DNA of 64,000 nt, taken from Candidatus Micrarchaeota archaeon. GTDB lineage: Archaea; Micrarchaeota; Micrarchaeia; Anstonellales; Bilamarchaeaceae. Shown piece after piece: positions 1 through 10,253 of the stretch. A program made the translations under genes and the position numbers. Where the stretch lies: the NCBI GenBank assembly GCA_038046805.1, contig JBBSVO010000006.1, positions 164,452-228,451 of the forward strand. Direction: 5' to 3'. Under the pieces are notes generated by a model. That model saw only the letters and a program-made list of their open reading frames with translations, ran no database searches and was not told where the DNA came from. Position 1 is the first letter of the stretch. The number at the start of each line of letters is the position of its first letter.

Positions 1-127
1 TATAATTTGTTCAGCGTCTAATCTTTTATTATTCTTCGCAGGGATAGCAATCCGCTTGAACTGATGTTCAAATCTTGTCATCCCTGCTTTAGGTATTTAT
101 TCGTACCTATCCTAAATTCATACTACT

Positions 128-251
128 GCAGGGATAGCAAAGCCTGGTCAAATGCGCAGGACTTAAGGAGCCTTTTGACTTCTAAGTAGGTCTGTGGTTT
201 CGGAAATCCTGTCGCTTAGTGCGTTCGCAAGTTCAAATCTTGCTCCCTGCA
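128..251 (+). tRNA. tRNA-Leu(TAA) with 38-nt intron at 37/38 (168..205)
   Basis: Acceptor GCAGGGA/TCCCTGC+A, anticodon stem CAGGA/TCCTG around CT-TAA-G|A, long variable arm, GTTCAAAT T-loop. Confidence 0.95.
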
Positions 252-442
252 TTTTGTTTTCATCTGAGTTCTTCGGGTTTTTCGTGAGGAAATACCTCAT
301 GAACTACCTTCCGTCAGTGAAGGTTCTGACGTAAGATCTATTTAAGCCCTGGCCTGAGGCGAGTTAGACGATTGCCTAATTAATAGTAGTCCAACGAGTC
401 ATGGTGCTTATTTTTAAATCCTTTGAACACTAATATACTTCA

Positions 443-2049
443 ATGCACACAACTATGTCTAGATCAAGAGAACATAGAGCCGACCATGCAGGTAACACCA
501 GCCATAAACAATTTGTCAGACCAAATCCAATGTTGTCGTTTTATCAAGACCCAGAAAATCCAAACTGGACTTATTTTGGAACAGGTTCTGCAGGTGCAAA
601 AGCAGACTGGCTTTATGATAAAAGTCCGATTATAAGAGCTAATGGTTTTATCGAAGATCCAAGAACTGTTCTTAGAATGGGTTTGTTCGAAGATCATAGA
701 AACAGAAATGGTTTAGACCGAGCGATTAGAAACCCAGAGATCTTAGGGCACTTAGGAATCTTACACTCAACAGTCCTTTTAACAAAAGGGAAGTTGAAGT
801 TCTAGAGTATATCCTAGATCGTATTCCAGAAAAAACCCCCATGGTCGTGCGTTCATCGGCCCATGGAGACGCTGCGGGAACTGGATTTTACGATAGTGTT
901 TTTTATATGAAAACTGGAAATAAAAAAACAGACTTAGCAAATCTCGAACTAGCAATAAAAACCGTTCTTGCAAGTGAATTTTCACAAAGAGCTTATGCTT
1001 TTAGACAAAAAAGAGAGTTAGATCATGGCGTTGCAGTCATGATCGAACCCGCTTTTGTACGAGATGTGACCCAAGAAGTTGTTGAAACAAATCACCTACG
1101 TGAATTGGATAAGGGTACGTACCTTTCACCTGATATTTCTGGTTTTGCATATACAAGTACAGAAACTGGCCGGGGGTTTGCCGGGGTTGTACTTGGTTTG
1201 CCAACTTCTGCAGTAGCGGGCAAGGGCGCAGTAATAACTATCAGACATTCTGATAACGACAGCTTATTTGGTCGTGTACCTTGGGATACGCTACCACGAT
1301 TTCAAGATTTAGTAGATCAGGCAGTCGTCTTTGATACTAGAAATGGCCAGTTAAGCGCTGCTGGGTTTTATACAGAAACAGCGCATTATGAGTTAGACAA
1401 ATTATTTGGACCATTACTTGGTCTAGAACGAGATATTGGAGAACCGATTTATGCTGAATGGGCTTTGAGACGAATAAAGGGGCAGGTAGAACGAGCGATT
1501 TTGCAAATTTCGGGAGTTTCTAGATCTGATTATTCTGTAGTTTTTCCAGCAGATCCCAAAAATATTTTTGCAAGTGCAGAATTTGTTCTGAGAAGCGGAT
1601 GTGAAGATTGTCAGGGTATATTCTTCTTACCTGATACTGTTTCGGCCAGACAACTTGCAGAATTTAATAAAACCCACAAAGGATATGTACTAGTGGCAGA
1701 TTACAAATTCTTTTCAGATGTACGTGGTCAGCATGATTATCTTGCACCAAGAGTTAATGTTTTGAGGGATTTCCATTTAGACTATGGCCAATTTGATAAT
1801 ACATCTGCAATTCTTGTATGCGGTCCACCTGAAGCAAAAAATTCCGTAAAGGGACACTTCGAAGGTGCCTTAAAAGAAGCACAAGTTGTTGGCGGATTTA
1901 ATATCGGTATGGTTGACTACGTACGTGAACGTCTTGCTTCATTGATGGGTTTGGAAAGAGAAGGACTTGACGGTAAGAATTTTGTTAATGGAAATATTCG
2001 GGCAATTGCAAGTGCGAAAGAACAGAAAATGTTACTTATTTTAGGTTAA
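443..2049 (+). pseudogene. PEP/pyruvate-binding (PPDK/PEP synthase N-terminal-like) protein split by a -1 frameshift near 730-780
   Basis: ORF 443 has a GTGSAGAKA motif; ORF 841 has VRSSAHGD..G.YDS, LASEFS, VAVMIEP and ISGFAY, and its frame is open back to 730. Confidence 0.65.
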
Positions 2050-2100
2050 TTTAACCGTTAAATTTGTTTATCATAAATCTTGCAAATTTTCAACTTTTTC

Positions 2101-2283
2101 TCATTCGATAAGCTTAGTTTTTGCTCGAACTTCTTCGAGAATATATAAAGGGATGGCGAGTTCCATACCCTTGAAGCGTATCTCTTGCGAGTTCAACATC
2201 TGAAAGGCTACATTTTTCTGTTTTTCAAGTATGACAATTCTCCATACTTCAAACGATCCGGGCGTTAATTCGCTTGAGTTCAC
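2101..2283 (-). CDS. small hypothetical protein (element cargo)
   Basis: 60-aa ORF only. Confidence 0.3.
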   Translation of the reverse strand: MNSSELTPGSFEVWRIVILEKQKNVAFQMLNSQEIRFKGMELAIPLYILEEVRAKTKLIE

Positions 2284-2289
2284 TCAGAA

Positions 2290-2710
2290 ACTCGTGCAGA
2301 AGTATATTGATACCAAAGCCGTAAAAGTTCGTGTACATGATTTCGTTAATTCTATTCGTGCACACGGTTTTTTGACCCTTAAAACTTCGTGTGTTTCGCC
2401 TATTTTCAAGTTATAAACAAGCACACGAAAATCACACGAACTTAGGCGATCTGGAATCCACAACACGCAAGAAACGGCGTTCTGGCGCATATATTGGTGT
2501 GTGTGAGTGCTGAGTGAAAGCATGAGCACACGATCAAACACACGACTTCAAATGAATTAAGGCGTAGAACACACGAAGTCGCTAGTTTTTCCGTTCCTTG
2601 ATGGAGAGAGTGAGAAAGAAAGAGAGTTAACACCTATTCTTGCATTATAAGCAAACACACGAAAAACACTCGACTTCGCTCGGATTAAGCGTTAGAACAT
2701 ACGAAATCAA
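2290..2710. repeat. Iteron-like ACACGA/TCGTGT repeat cluster
   Basis: About a dozen (A/C)CACGA-type motifs in both orientations; paired-motif unit recurs at ~2411, ~2522, ~2645. Confidence 0.6.
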
Positions 2711-2746
2711 GCGAATTGGCTACACTGAATAGATAGAGAGATAAAA

Positions 2747-3955
2747 CTAGAAAAACGTTTTATCCAATCCTTTCTCAACTATTTTCTTGAGAAGCAAATT
2801 CTTGACTTCTTCGTCTTCAATAAGGATATTCATTAGTTCATTTGGTTTCTTGTTCGGATCAATTAACAATGTTTTTTCATCAAGAGGGTTTCCGCATTTA
2901 CCGCAGAATGATTGGACTGGCGAGTTTTTCTCTTTACAACGTAAGCAAGTTTTGATATTCAGTTTAACTTCTTTTTCTTCTGTTTTTTCTTTCAATGAAT
3001 AGACCTGCAATAACGCGTTATCAACATCCCGACCTGACAAATGAACATAGGTTGAAGCCATGTCTGAGCCTTGCGTCCAGCCAAAGTGTTCTTTCATCTG
3101 ACTTTCAGTAAGTTTGTTTGCCAACGCAGTGGCTCTTGAATGTCTAAACAAATGAGGATGAACTCTTTTCCGTATCCCTGCCTTTTCAGCAAGTGTTTTG
3201 ACAAGCACGTAGATCGAGGCATAGCGGAGATATCTATTTTTGTCCGAGTAATTAGTTGCAGACTGGGGCCATAAAGCAGCTTCTGGATCTTTTCTTGCAG
3301 GATGGATGTCAATCCAAGATGTCAGGATTGGAGCAGCCATTATTATGCGAACTCGTCTATCGCCTGTTTTGCCAGTTACTCTTAGCACAGCTCCGTATTG
3401 GTCAAAGCTGACATTTTTCATCCGCAAACTTAATATTTCGCCTATTCTGCAACCAGATTCGTATAAAACCGTGATAAATGCGCGATCTCTTTGCGTGGTT
3501 GCCATTTCAGCCATTTTCAAAACTTCGTCTTCAGTTAGCAAATGCTCGGGTAGTTTGTGATTTTCATTCTTTAGCTTTGGAGTAAGCCACCGTATCTCTG
3601 GAGGGAAAATCTCATCATTTCCTTTCAACCATTTATAGAACATTTTGAGAACGATTTTGAAGTCGTATTTGGTATGCTCTGCATAGTCCTTTGTTTCCAG
3701 GCTTCCGATCAAGTTTATGAGGTCGTCCTTTGTGGCTTCCTTAAATGGTTTCTGAAGCCATATCGCCAGGAACCTTAGGCAGTATATGACTTTTGCCACC
3801 CGGCCGTGTCCAGAGCCTTTTGCCAAGCGTATATTAGCAAATGCCTTGATCTCCTCGATGTTTTCTTTTCCAATGCCCTTTTGTTTACTTAACTGCTGCA
3901 GGCTTAATTCTAGCCTGCGCGGATAGTCATACAATTCCAACCTTCCGTTTTTCAT
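2747..3955 (-). CDS. Tyrosine recombinase/integrase with C-terminal zinc ribbon
   Basis: ESGCRIGE, GKTG, HLFRH, HFGW and TYVH catalytic motifs; CLRC..CGKC. Confidence 0.95.
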   Translation of the reverse strand: MKNGRLELYDYPRRLELSLQQLSKQKGIGKENIEEIKAFANIRLAKGSGHGRVAKVIYCLRFLAIWLQKPFKEATKDDLINLIGSLETKDYAEHTKYDFKIVLKMFYKWLKGNDEIFPPEIRWLTPKLKNENHKLPEHLLTEDEVLKMAEMATTQRDRAFITVLYESGCRIGEILSLRMKNVSFDQYGAVLRVTGKTGDRRVRIIMAAPILTSWIDIHPARKDPEAALWPQSATNYSDKNRYLRYASIYVLVKTLAEKAGIRKRVHPHLFRHSRATALANKLTESQMKEHFGWTQGSDMASTYVHLSGRDVDNALLQVYSLKEKTEEKEVKLNIKTCLRCKEKNSPVQSFCGKCGNPLDEKTLLIDPNKKPNELMNILIEDEEVKNLLLKKIVEKGLDKTFF

Positions 3956-4161
3956 GGTATTACCTCTGACGGAAGATCTACTTATAGTTCAGTGTCGATA
4001 TTGACATTATCGTGCTATATTCAAGCCATTCAGAACTCAGAGGTGGTCTGATCATGTTCCCCCTGCATTTCTTTTTGGTCTGAGTTCTTACGCTTTTTTC
4101 ACGTAAAGCTCAGAACACAGAGGCGGTCTGTGCATGTGCTCCCTGCATATATTTTTTGTCA

Positions 4162-4312
4162 TTTGAAAAACGCAGCTTGCGGAAACCCTGCACTTCAGTG
4201 CTGGGAGGAGCGTTTTTCAAAAGCTTTGACGCGCTTCGCGTCAAAATTTGACATCATGGATGTCAAAGCCTTGCTCTTCGGCCCTTGAAACAGCTGCCTT
4301 TAGGCTGCGGTG
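4162..4312. repeat. Palindrome cluster including IS200/IS605-end-like hairpins
   Basis: TTTGAAAAACGC/GCGTTTTTCAAA enclosing GAAACCCTGCACTTCAGTGCTGGGAGG; further hairpins TTTGACGCG..CGCGTCAAA and TTTGACATC..GATGTCAAA. Confidence 0.6.
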
Positions 4313-4434
4313 GCCGAATGAGCAAATCATAGTCCTGGCTTTGCCAGACGGGCAAATGACTATAATCTATATGTTATATCAACTATATGGTCTTTATAGC
4401 AACAATTAAAAACTGTTCGAGGGTATAACTAATC

Positions 4435-5052
4435 ATGGATTTAGACAAAAACTCCATCTTTTCAACCAATTGGCGCATGTTCTACTGCCTCAGGCCATTC
4501 CAGTTCGATCCGCTTGGCGAGAAATACGGACTGGAGATAGAACGTGAAATCAGCGCTACGGGATTCGATATCTCCCACGAGACTGTTTTTGCATATTTGA
4601 ATCATTATTGCAGGTCGGGCATACTCAGGAAAAAAAAGAGGGGCAGACAAACATACTTTTCAGTTGTTCCTGAGAATGCGATGTCTGTCCTCGCCCTTCT
4701 TGAGCAGGAGCGCACACATTTATTCCTCCAGAAATCCAAGCTTGCCATGCTGCTGACAGAAATTTCTTTCGAATGCAGTTTTGCCCTGCTTTTTGGTTCT
4801 GCCGCAAGAAGCCAGGAAAGGGAAAGCAGCGACGTAGACATTCTAGTTGTAGATGGAAAATCAAACGAGGATATAATCTCAAAAAAAGAAGCAGTATTCG
4901 GAATCAAGATAAGCATTCATTCTGTTTCTATGAAGGAACTCAAGAGTCAATGGCACAAGGAGCCAGTCTACAAGGGCATATGGAGAGACAGGACCATACT
5001 TAAGAATTATACTAGATTTTGGGAATTGGCCTTGAAGGAGGGAAAACCATGA
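4435..5052 (+). CDS. wHTH + minimal nucleotidyltransferase (MNT antitoxin-like)
   Basis: LFGSAAR...SDVDILV (GS-x10-DxD); N-terminal HTH-like region. Confidence 0.9.
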   Translation: MDLDKNSIFSTNWRMFYCLRPFQFDPLGEKYGLEIEREISATGFDISHETVFAYLNHYCRSGILRKKKRGRQTYFSVVPENAMSVLALLEQERTHLFLQKSKLAMLLTEISFECSFALLFGSAARSQERESSDVDILVVDGKSNEDIISKKEAVFGIKISIHSVSMKELKSQWHKEPVYKGIWRDRTILKNYTRFWELALKEGKP

Positions 5053-5558
5053 AGCTTGAAAGATGTTTCGAAGGAACGCCAGAAATACCACCAAGACTTA
5101 TTGAGCAGGGTGTGGATATTGACGCTGCAAAAACCCATCTGGAAAAAGCCGAGCATAATCTTCATGCTGCACAAAAAATGGCAGAAAACAAATTCTTCGA
5201 CTGGCAGATAGTGTGCGCTTACTATTCAATGTACCACGCCACGATGGCGGCATTGTTTTTGGTTGGGCTTGAAGCCAGGTCACATGAATGCGCAATCGCT
5301 GCTTTCGAGGCGTTCTACATAAACAAAAAGGTTCCAAAGGAATACACTGCCTACCTGAAGAACGCCAAACAGCTTAGCAAGACATATTCGGATACTTTGG
5401 CTGATGCAAAGACGGAACGGATAAAGGCGTCGTATGGTCTAGGAGAGATAAAATCCGATCAGGCAGGCAAAGTAATGTCCAATGCACGTGCGTTTGTAGG
5501 AGAGATAAAGACTCTCGTTTATGCTGCTTCTGGAAACGAATATGTGAAGATGAAATGA
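5049..5558 (+). CDS. HEPN domain protein
   Basis: A..HL..A, AYYSMYHA, RSH, R..ASY; ATGA overlap with the MNT gene. Confidence 0.9.
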   Translation: MKLERCFEGTPEIPPRLIEQGVDIDAAKTHLEKAEHNLHAAQKMAENKFFDWQIVCAYYSMYHATMAALFLVGLEARSHECAIAAFEAFYINKKVPKEYTAYLKNAKQLSKTYSDTLADAKTERIKASYGLGEIKSDQAGKVMSNARAFVGEIKTLVYAASGNEYVKMK

Positions 5559-5814
5559 TTGGTGAGAACGTGAAGGTTGTCCTTTATAGCGATCCAAGAA
5601 AGTTTTGCGAAACTTTCTTGTCTCACTACATAGCAAACCACGATGTGGGGCAGTAGAAAGATTGTGTCGCACAGTCTCATTACTTTCGTGGTTTGCTATA
5701 GCTGGATGGATCGGCTTCTGCATTTTCTTTCCCTTTGTTCGGTTTTTCTCCATTTCCTAACTTCGGTTCTCATATAAATACTCCTAAACCTCTAAAGAGA
5801 TTTAGGTAATCCTA

Positions 5815-6216
5815 ATGAACGTAGTTAAAATTTTAAGATTTAGTACATCCCAGGATGCTGCAATACCCAGAGTATCAGAGCGGGAAACATCCAATGACAA
5901 TAATCCGCAACCACGCGTGCGGAATTTCTGGCGTTTCAGAAAACCAAAAGAGGAGTACGAAACCGGTAGTGTGCGGCTTAAAAAATCAAGAACGAATCGC
6001 GACGGTGATAAAGAAAAATCCGAAGATGGCGGCTCTGGTGGAGAAGGGGAGCATGATGATCCTCCAGACGAATTGGAACGCGAAATGGAACACGAAACCG
6101 ATGTTGATGTTGACGTGGGCAATGACGGCATCAGCTTCCGTATGCGCGAGACGCGAAGGCCGCACCTGAAAATGGTCCGCCAGAGGCACAAACAGGAAAG
6201 CCATGCGGGAAGCTAA
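5815..6216 (+). CDS. hypothetical low-complexity charged protein
   Basis: 133-aa ORF downstream of a TATA-like sequence. Confidence 0.5.
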   Translation: MNVVKILRFSTSQDAAIPRVSERETSNDNNPQPRVRNFWRFRKPKEEYETGSVRLKKSRTNRDGDKEKSEDGGSGGEGEHDDPPDELEREMEHETDVDVDVGNDGISFRMRETRRPHLKMVRQRHKQESHAGS

Positions 6217-6362
6217 ATCCTATTATAGCCATGGGCAGTGGATCCGTGGGCAGTGAGCTACGAATAAAGATTAACGTTGGCTTAGGGCTCAAAGCTCAAG
6301 GCCCACGGCAACAGTATGTGAATCCAAACCAATTTAAGGTTATCCTAACATTTATGCACTTC

Positions 6363-6815
6363 ATGAATGGCAAGCACGATATTGGCTTTGAAGAATTCAC
6401 GCGAAAGGTGGAGGATTACCTTGAGGCAATCTATGTTGTCGCGGATGAGCAGGGCTATGCAGGCACAACAGACATTGCCAAAGAACTTGGGATAAAGCCG
6501 CCAAGCGTAACCGAAATGCTGGCAAGGCTCAGGGTTCTAGGTCTTGTGCAATATGCGCCATACAAGGGAGCAAAACTCACAGAACGCGGGCTTGAAATTG
6601 CAAAAAGCGTCAAATCCAAGCATGATATATTCCGCCGGCTTTTGCATGAAATCAGCGTTCCTGATAAAATTGCAAAAATAGATGCATGCACGCTTGAGCA
6701 TAATCTCGATCCCAAAACCATTAATTGTTTTGCGGAATTCGTTTCTTTCCTGGAAACCGCGCTTTACCCTAAATGGAAAAAGGATTATGAAAAATTTCGG
6801 GAAAGGAAAAAATAG
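6363..6815 (+). CDS. DtxR/MntR family metal-dependent regulator
   Basis: EDYLEAIY, DIAKELGIKPPSVTEML, LEHNL. Confidence 0.92.
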   Translation: MNGKHDIGFEEFTRKVEDYLEAIYVVADEQGYAGTTDIAKELGIKPPSVTEMLARLRVLGLVQYAPYKGAKLTERGLEIAKSVKSKHDIFRRLLHEISVPDKIAKIDACTLEHNLDPKTINCFAEFVSFLETALYPKWKKDYEKFRERKK

Positions 6816-6823
6816 AACGGATT

Positions 6824-9039
6824 TTATTGTATGCCTCCAGAACCTCCGCTAAATTGTCGTTTATACTCGCCAATATTGGTAGGTGGCGGTTGCTGAACCT
6901 GCGGCGGCCTGAAAGTAGTATCTGGTTTCTGAGCCTGTTGCCCTGGCCTTGCCCTGGTTGCTGTGAATTTTTCGCCTTCGGATCTGATTCGTTCCAGTAC
7001 GCTAGGGTCATTCGAGTGAACGACTATTTCTTTTGCATGCCCTGGCAATTGATCTAACATAATTTGGCGTTTGGTTGCAATATCTGCAACTGCCATAACT
7101 CTGGCAAGACCTTTTGTCCATAAGCAGGATACACGCGCACCGGCAGTGCACATTTCCTCACGTGAGAATCCAGATAGAAAATGCATCGAAAATGCAACTA
7201 GATCATCCCGTGTCGTAGGTCCAGGCAGTTTAATCGTCATGGGATCTGGATGTTTTCTTTCCATTTCCGTTTGCCATGACTCTCTTCGCTGGCCGCTTTG
7301 ACCAGGTTTTTCCTGAACTTTTGGAGGTGTAGATAATAATGTTCGAGCAGCCTCTTTACCGTCTACGGATCTACCAGTTATCGAATCATATCTCAGGAGA
7401 TTAATTACATCAATATGTTCTTGCGAGCCGACTATTGCTACCTCCCCTGTGCCCATATAGAAAATTACTTTAAGAGTTGGAGGGGTCGTTGTATTCTTGG
7501 GTCGGAATTTGACTATTACTACTTCGCCTTTTGTTTCGTCTTGTGCACGGGTTCGTTCTGCCTCTGCAAGATTAGGGAAAAAATGACTAATAAGATTAAC
7601 AACATTTGCAGGATTGATAACTTGTTTTCTAACTTGAATTGTGATGCTTGAAGTTTTTGAAGACCTTACCAGTTCTGCTTCCATCTCACCAATTGTGGGG
7701 CAACGCACGCCTGGCATGCGGGCATGAAATTCTATTATAATCCTGCGTGCAGCTGAATCCAACCTGATGTTTCCCTCGTAATTATAGCTTACGAATTTGT
7801 ATCTGCCATCCGCATCCTGCCGAAGATTAAATCGCTGCTCAAAGAATCTTTTGGCTATCAGATGAACATCTGCATCTGTGGGCACTCTGCCAAGTCTAAC
7901 CTCAAGTTTTTTTGTTTCCACTGATTGCAGTACTGGTTGTGCGGGGGCTGCCATCTGTGCCTGTGCGGCAGCTCGCGGGCCATCAATAGTCTCTATTCCA
8001 TGCCATCTCAACGTAAAACCCAATTTCGCATCTGTAAATCCAGTTTCATCTAATCTTCTTTGCAGGGTTGTGATGGAGAGCCTTCCAGTTTCTGAATTGT
8101 AACTGACAGCAATCGGATATCCACCTGGAACCACATAGTTGAAAGTAAAACACGATTCGTTCTCATCCAATGTAATCCGCCCTCCTGCTTCAGGGAAAGC
8201 GACACGAATTATTACGTTTATTGCATATTCAAGGTCACGTAAATTGATGTGTGCCGCAACAAACGCTGTTACTGTACCAATCCGTGTATCTTCTTGTCTG
8301 GCAGGCGCTGAGCTCGCAGGCATACTAGCTCTTTGGCCTTCAACTGCGATTTCCAATCCATAATGCTCCAACTCACTTGCTAATACTGCTTGACGAAATC
8401 CACTTACTTCAAACAATTCGTTTTCTCCTCTAACGGAAAGTTCACCAGTCGCAGATGTATAAGTTACTTCAATATCGCGTCTTTTGCGTCTTGCCCTAGT
8501 GCGATCAAGGTATCTGCAAGTAAAACCAGTAGGAGTTGATTCCATTCTGCTTTCATCAAATTCCATAAATAAACCGAGTAATGTGATGTGTACTGCATCT
8601 AATACATCCTCATCACCTCTCATGCCAGCGATTCTTACCTTAATCTCAGCCATCTCCGGCGAAGCTGGTTCGGTTGCAGGTTGAGCCTGAGAAACTTCTG
8701 TTGCGGTTAATCCTCGTTCTGTTGAAGAAATCTCCACCGCAGTTAATCCCAGTGTGTTCAATCCATTAATCATTGTCTGGCTATTGAAATTATTCGGGAC
8801 AGTTGGTCCGGAATATGTGACCGTAAGTCTATTGGTCCTTGGATCCAATCTTGATTCTATTCTATCGCTTGATCCAACAGTTTTGTGCGTCCAAACATGC
8901 ACACCTTCCTGTATATCTACACCTTGCCCCCAAAATCCAGGATAGTTTGCGTGGATAATATCTGATACTACATTATAAACTTCAGTTACAGTTCTTTTGG
9001 TTAAGGCTCCATCAAGTTCAATTTCAACCTTTTTTCCAT
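6824..9039 (-). CDS. Large orphan protein with ~6 internal alpha/beta repeats; probable ATG at 9039 out of frame by -1 at an A6 run
   Basis: Main frame open 9055..6824; recurring V.Y...TG.L.V segments; GAGGAGA-N4-ATG GAAAAAAGG. Confidence 0.65.
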
Positions 9040-9119
9040 TGTATCTCCTCAGAATTTAGATTACAATCCTATGTTCAGAAACGAATATAAATTATGACTT
9101 TCAATCCTGTTTGGTACGA

Positions 9120-10253
9120 ATGTCATCAACAAATAGATTGTCCAAATCCAAAATCCAGGAAACTGCCGTTCCAGTCTCTCAGATTTCTCAGAAATCCGAG
9201 ATGCTTGCCAAAAAGAACCCGGATGGAACCATAACCTGTCTTGCCTGCGCAAGATATTGCAAAATCCCGGAAGGTCAGGCCGGATTCTGCGGAGTGCGGG
9301 CAAACGATGACAGGAAGCTCAAACTTTTAGTCTATGGAAAGCCGTGCGCAATCTGGGTTGATCCTGTTGAGAAAAAGCCATTGTTTCATTTTCTTCCGGG
9401 GAGCAAAAGCTATTCCATCGGGACGTTTGGTTGTGATTTCGCATGCGATTTTTGTCAGAATTTTGACATTTCACAAGCCCCTTCCGAAGCGCGAGTCCGC
9501 GATCCAAAAGGCTGGAGAGATTATTTTCAGAGGCTTATCGACAAGCTGGAGTACGTGCCACCGGAAACAATCGTGAGCCGCGCAATTGAAAGCGGATGCA
9601 AATCAATCTCATTCACCTACAACGAACCGACAATATTCACAGAATACGCGCTTGACATAATGAAGCTCGGGAAAAAGGAGGGGTTGCGGTTCATCTATGT
9701 TACAAATGGCTATGAATCGCGCGAATGTTGGGATGCACTCGCACCTTACCTAACGGCTGCAAATATCGACCTAAAGGCATTCAACCAGAATTTCTATGGA
9801 AAATTGTGCAAGGCAAATTTAGAGCCAGTTAAAGAATCAATTCTTTATGTAAAAAAGAAATATCCAAAAATGTGGATTGAAATAACGACCCTTCTTGTTC
9901 CAGGCTGGAATGATACTGAAAACGAACTTCTAGATGAGGCAAAATGGCTCGCTGCGATAGACGCAGGCATGCCTTGGCATGTGACCGCGTTTCATCCGGA
10001 CTATAAGATGCAAGACTCAGAGTCTACAAAACCTGAGACGCTGATGCGTGCAAGGGAAATCGGGCGGAGCGTTGGCTTAAATTATGTCTATTGCGGAAAT
10101 CTTGGTTTCAGCTATTCAAATTATGAAACAACGGTTTGTCCGAAGTGCAAGAAAGAATTAATAATCCGGGCTGGTTTCACTGTAACGAATAATAATGTCA
10201 TTGACGGCAAATGCAGGTTTTGCGGAGAAGGAATTCCGGGTGTTTGGAAATGA
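9120..10253 (+). CDS. amrS: AmmeMemoRadiSam radical SAM enzyme
   Basis: CLACARYC, DPVEKKPLFHF, GCDFACDFCQN, TYNEP, C-terminal CPKC..CRFC. Confidence 0.95.
   Translation: MSSTNRLSKSKIQETAVPVSQISQKSEMLAKKNPDGTITCLACARYCKIPEGQAGFCGVRANDDRKLKLLVYGKPCAIWVDPVEKKPLFHFLPGSKSYSIGTFGCDFACDFCQNFDISQAPSEARVRDPKGWRDYFQRLIDKLEYVPPETIVSRAIESGCKSISFTYNEPTIFTEYALDIMKLGKKEGLRFIYVTNGYESRECWDALAPYLTAANIDLKAFNQNFYGKLCKANLEPVKESILYVKKKYPKMWIEITTLLVPGWNDTENELLDEAKWLAAIDAGMPWHVTAFHPDYKMQDSESTKPETLMRAREIGRSVGLNYVYCGNLGFSYSNYETTVCPKCKKELIIRAGFTVTNNNVIDGKCRFCGEGIPGVWK

Larger units (their letters stand above)
241..4148. mobile_element. Integrative element in tRNA-Leu(TAA) 3' end (attL ~241-252, attR ~4137-4148)
   Basis: TGCTCCCTGCAT repeated exactly at 241 and 4137; tyrosine integrase next to the right end. 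Confidence 0.8.

Noticed and set aside
5439..5753. 104-aa - strand ORF
   Set aside because: Overlaps the HEPN gene end and has no recognisable motif; cannot support
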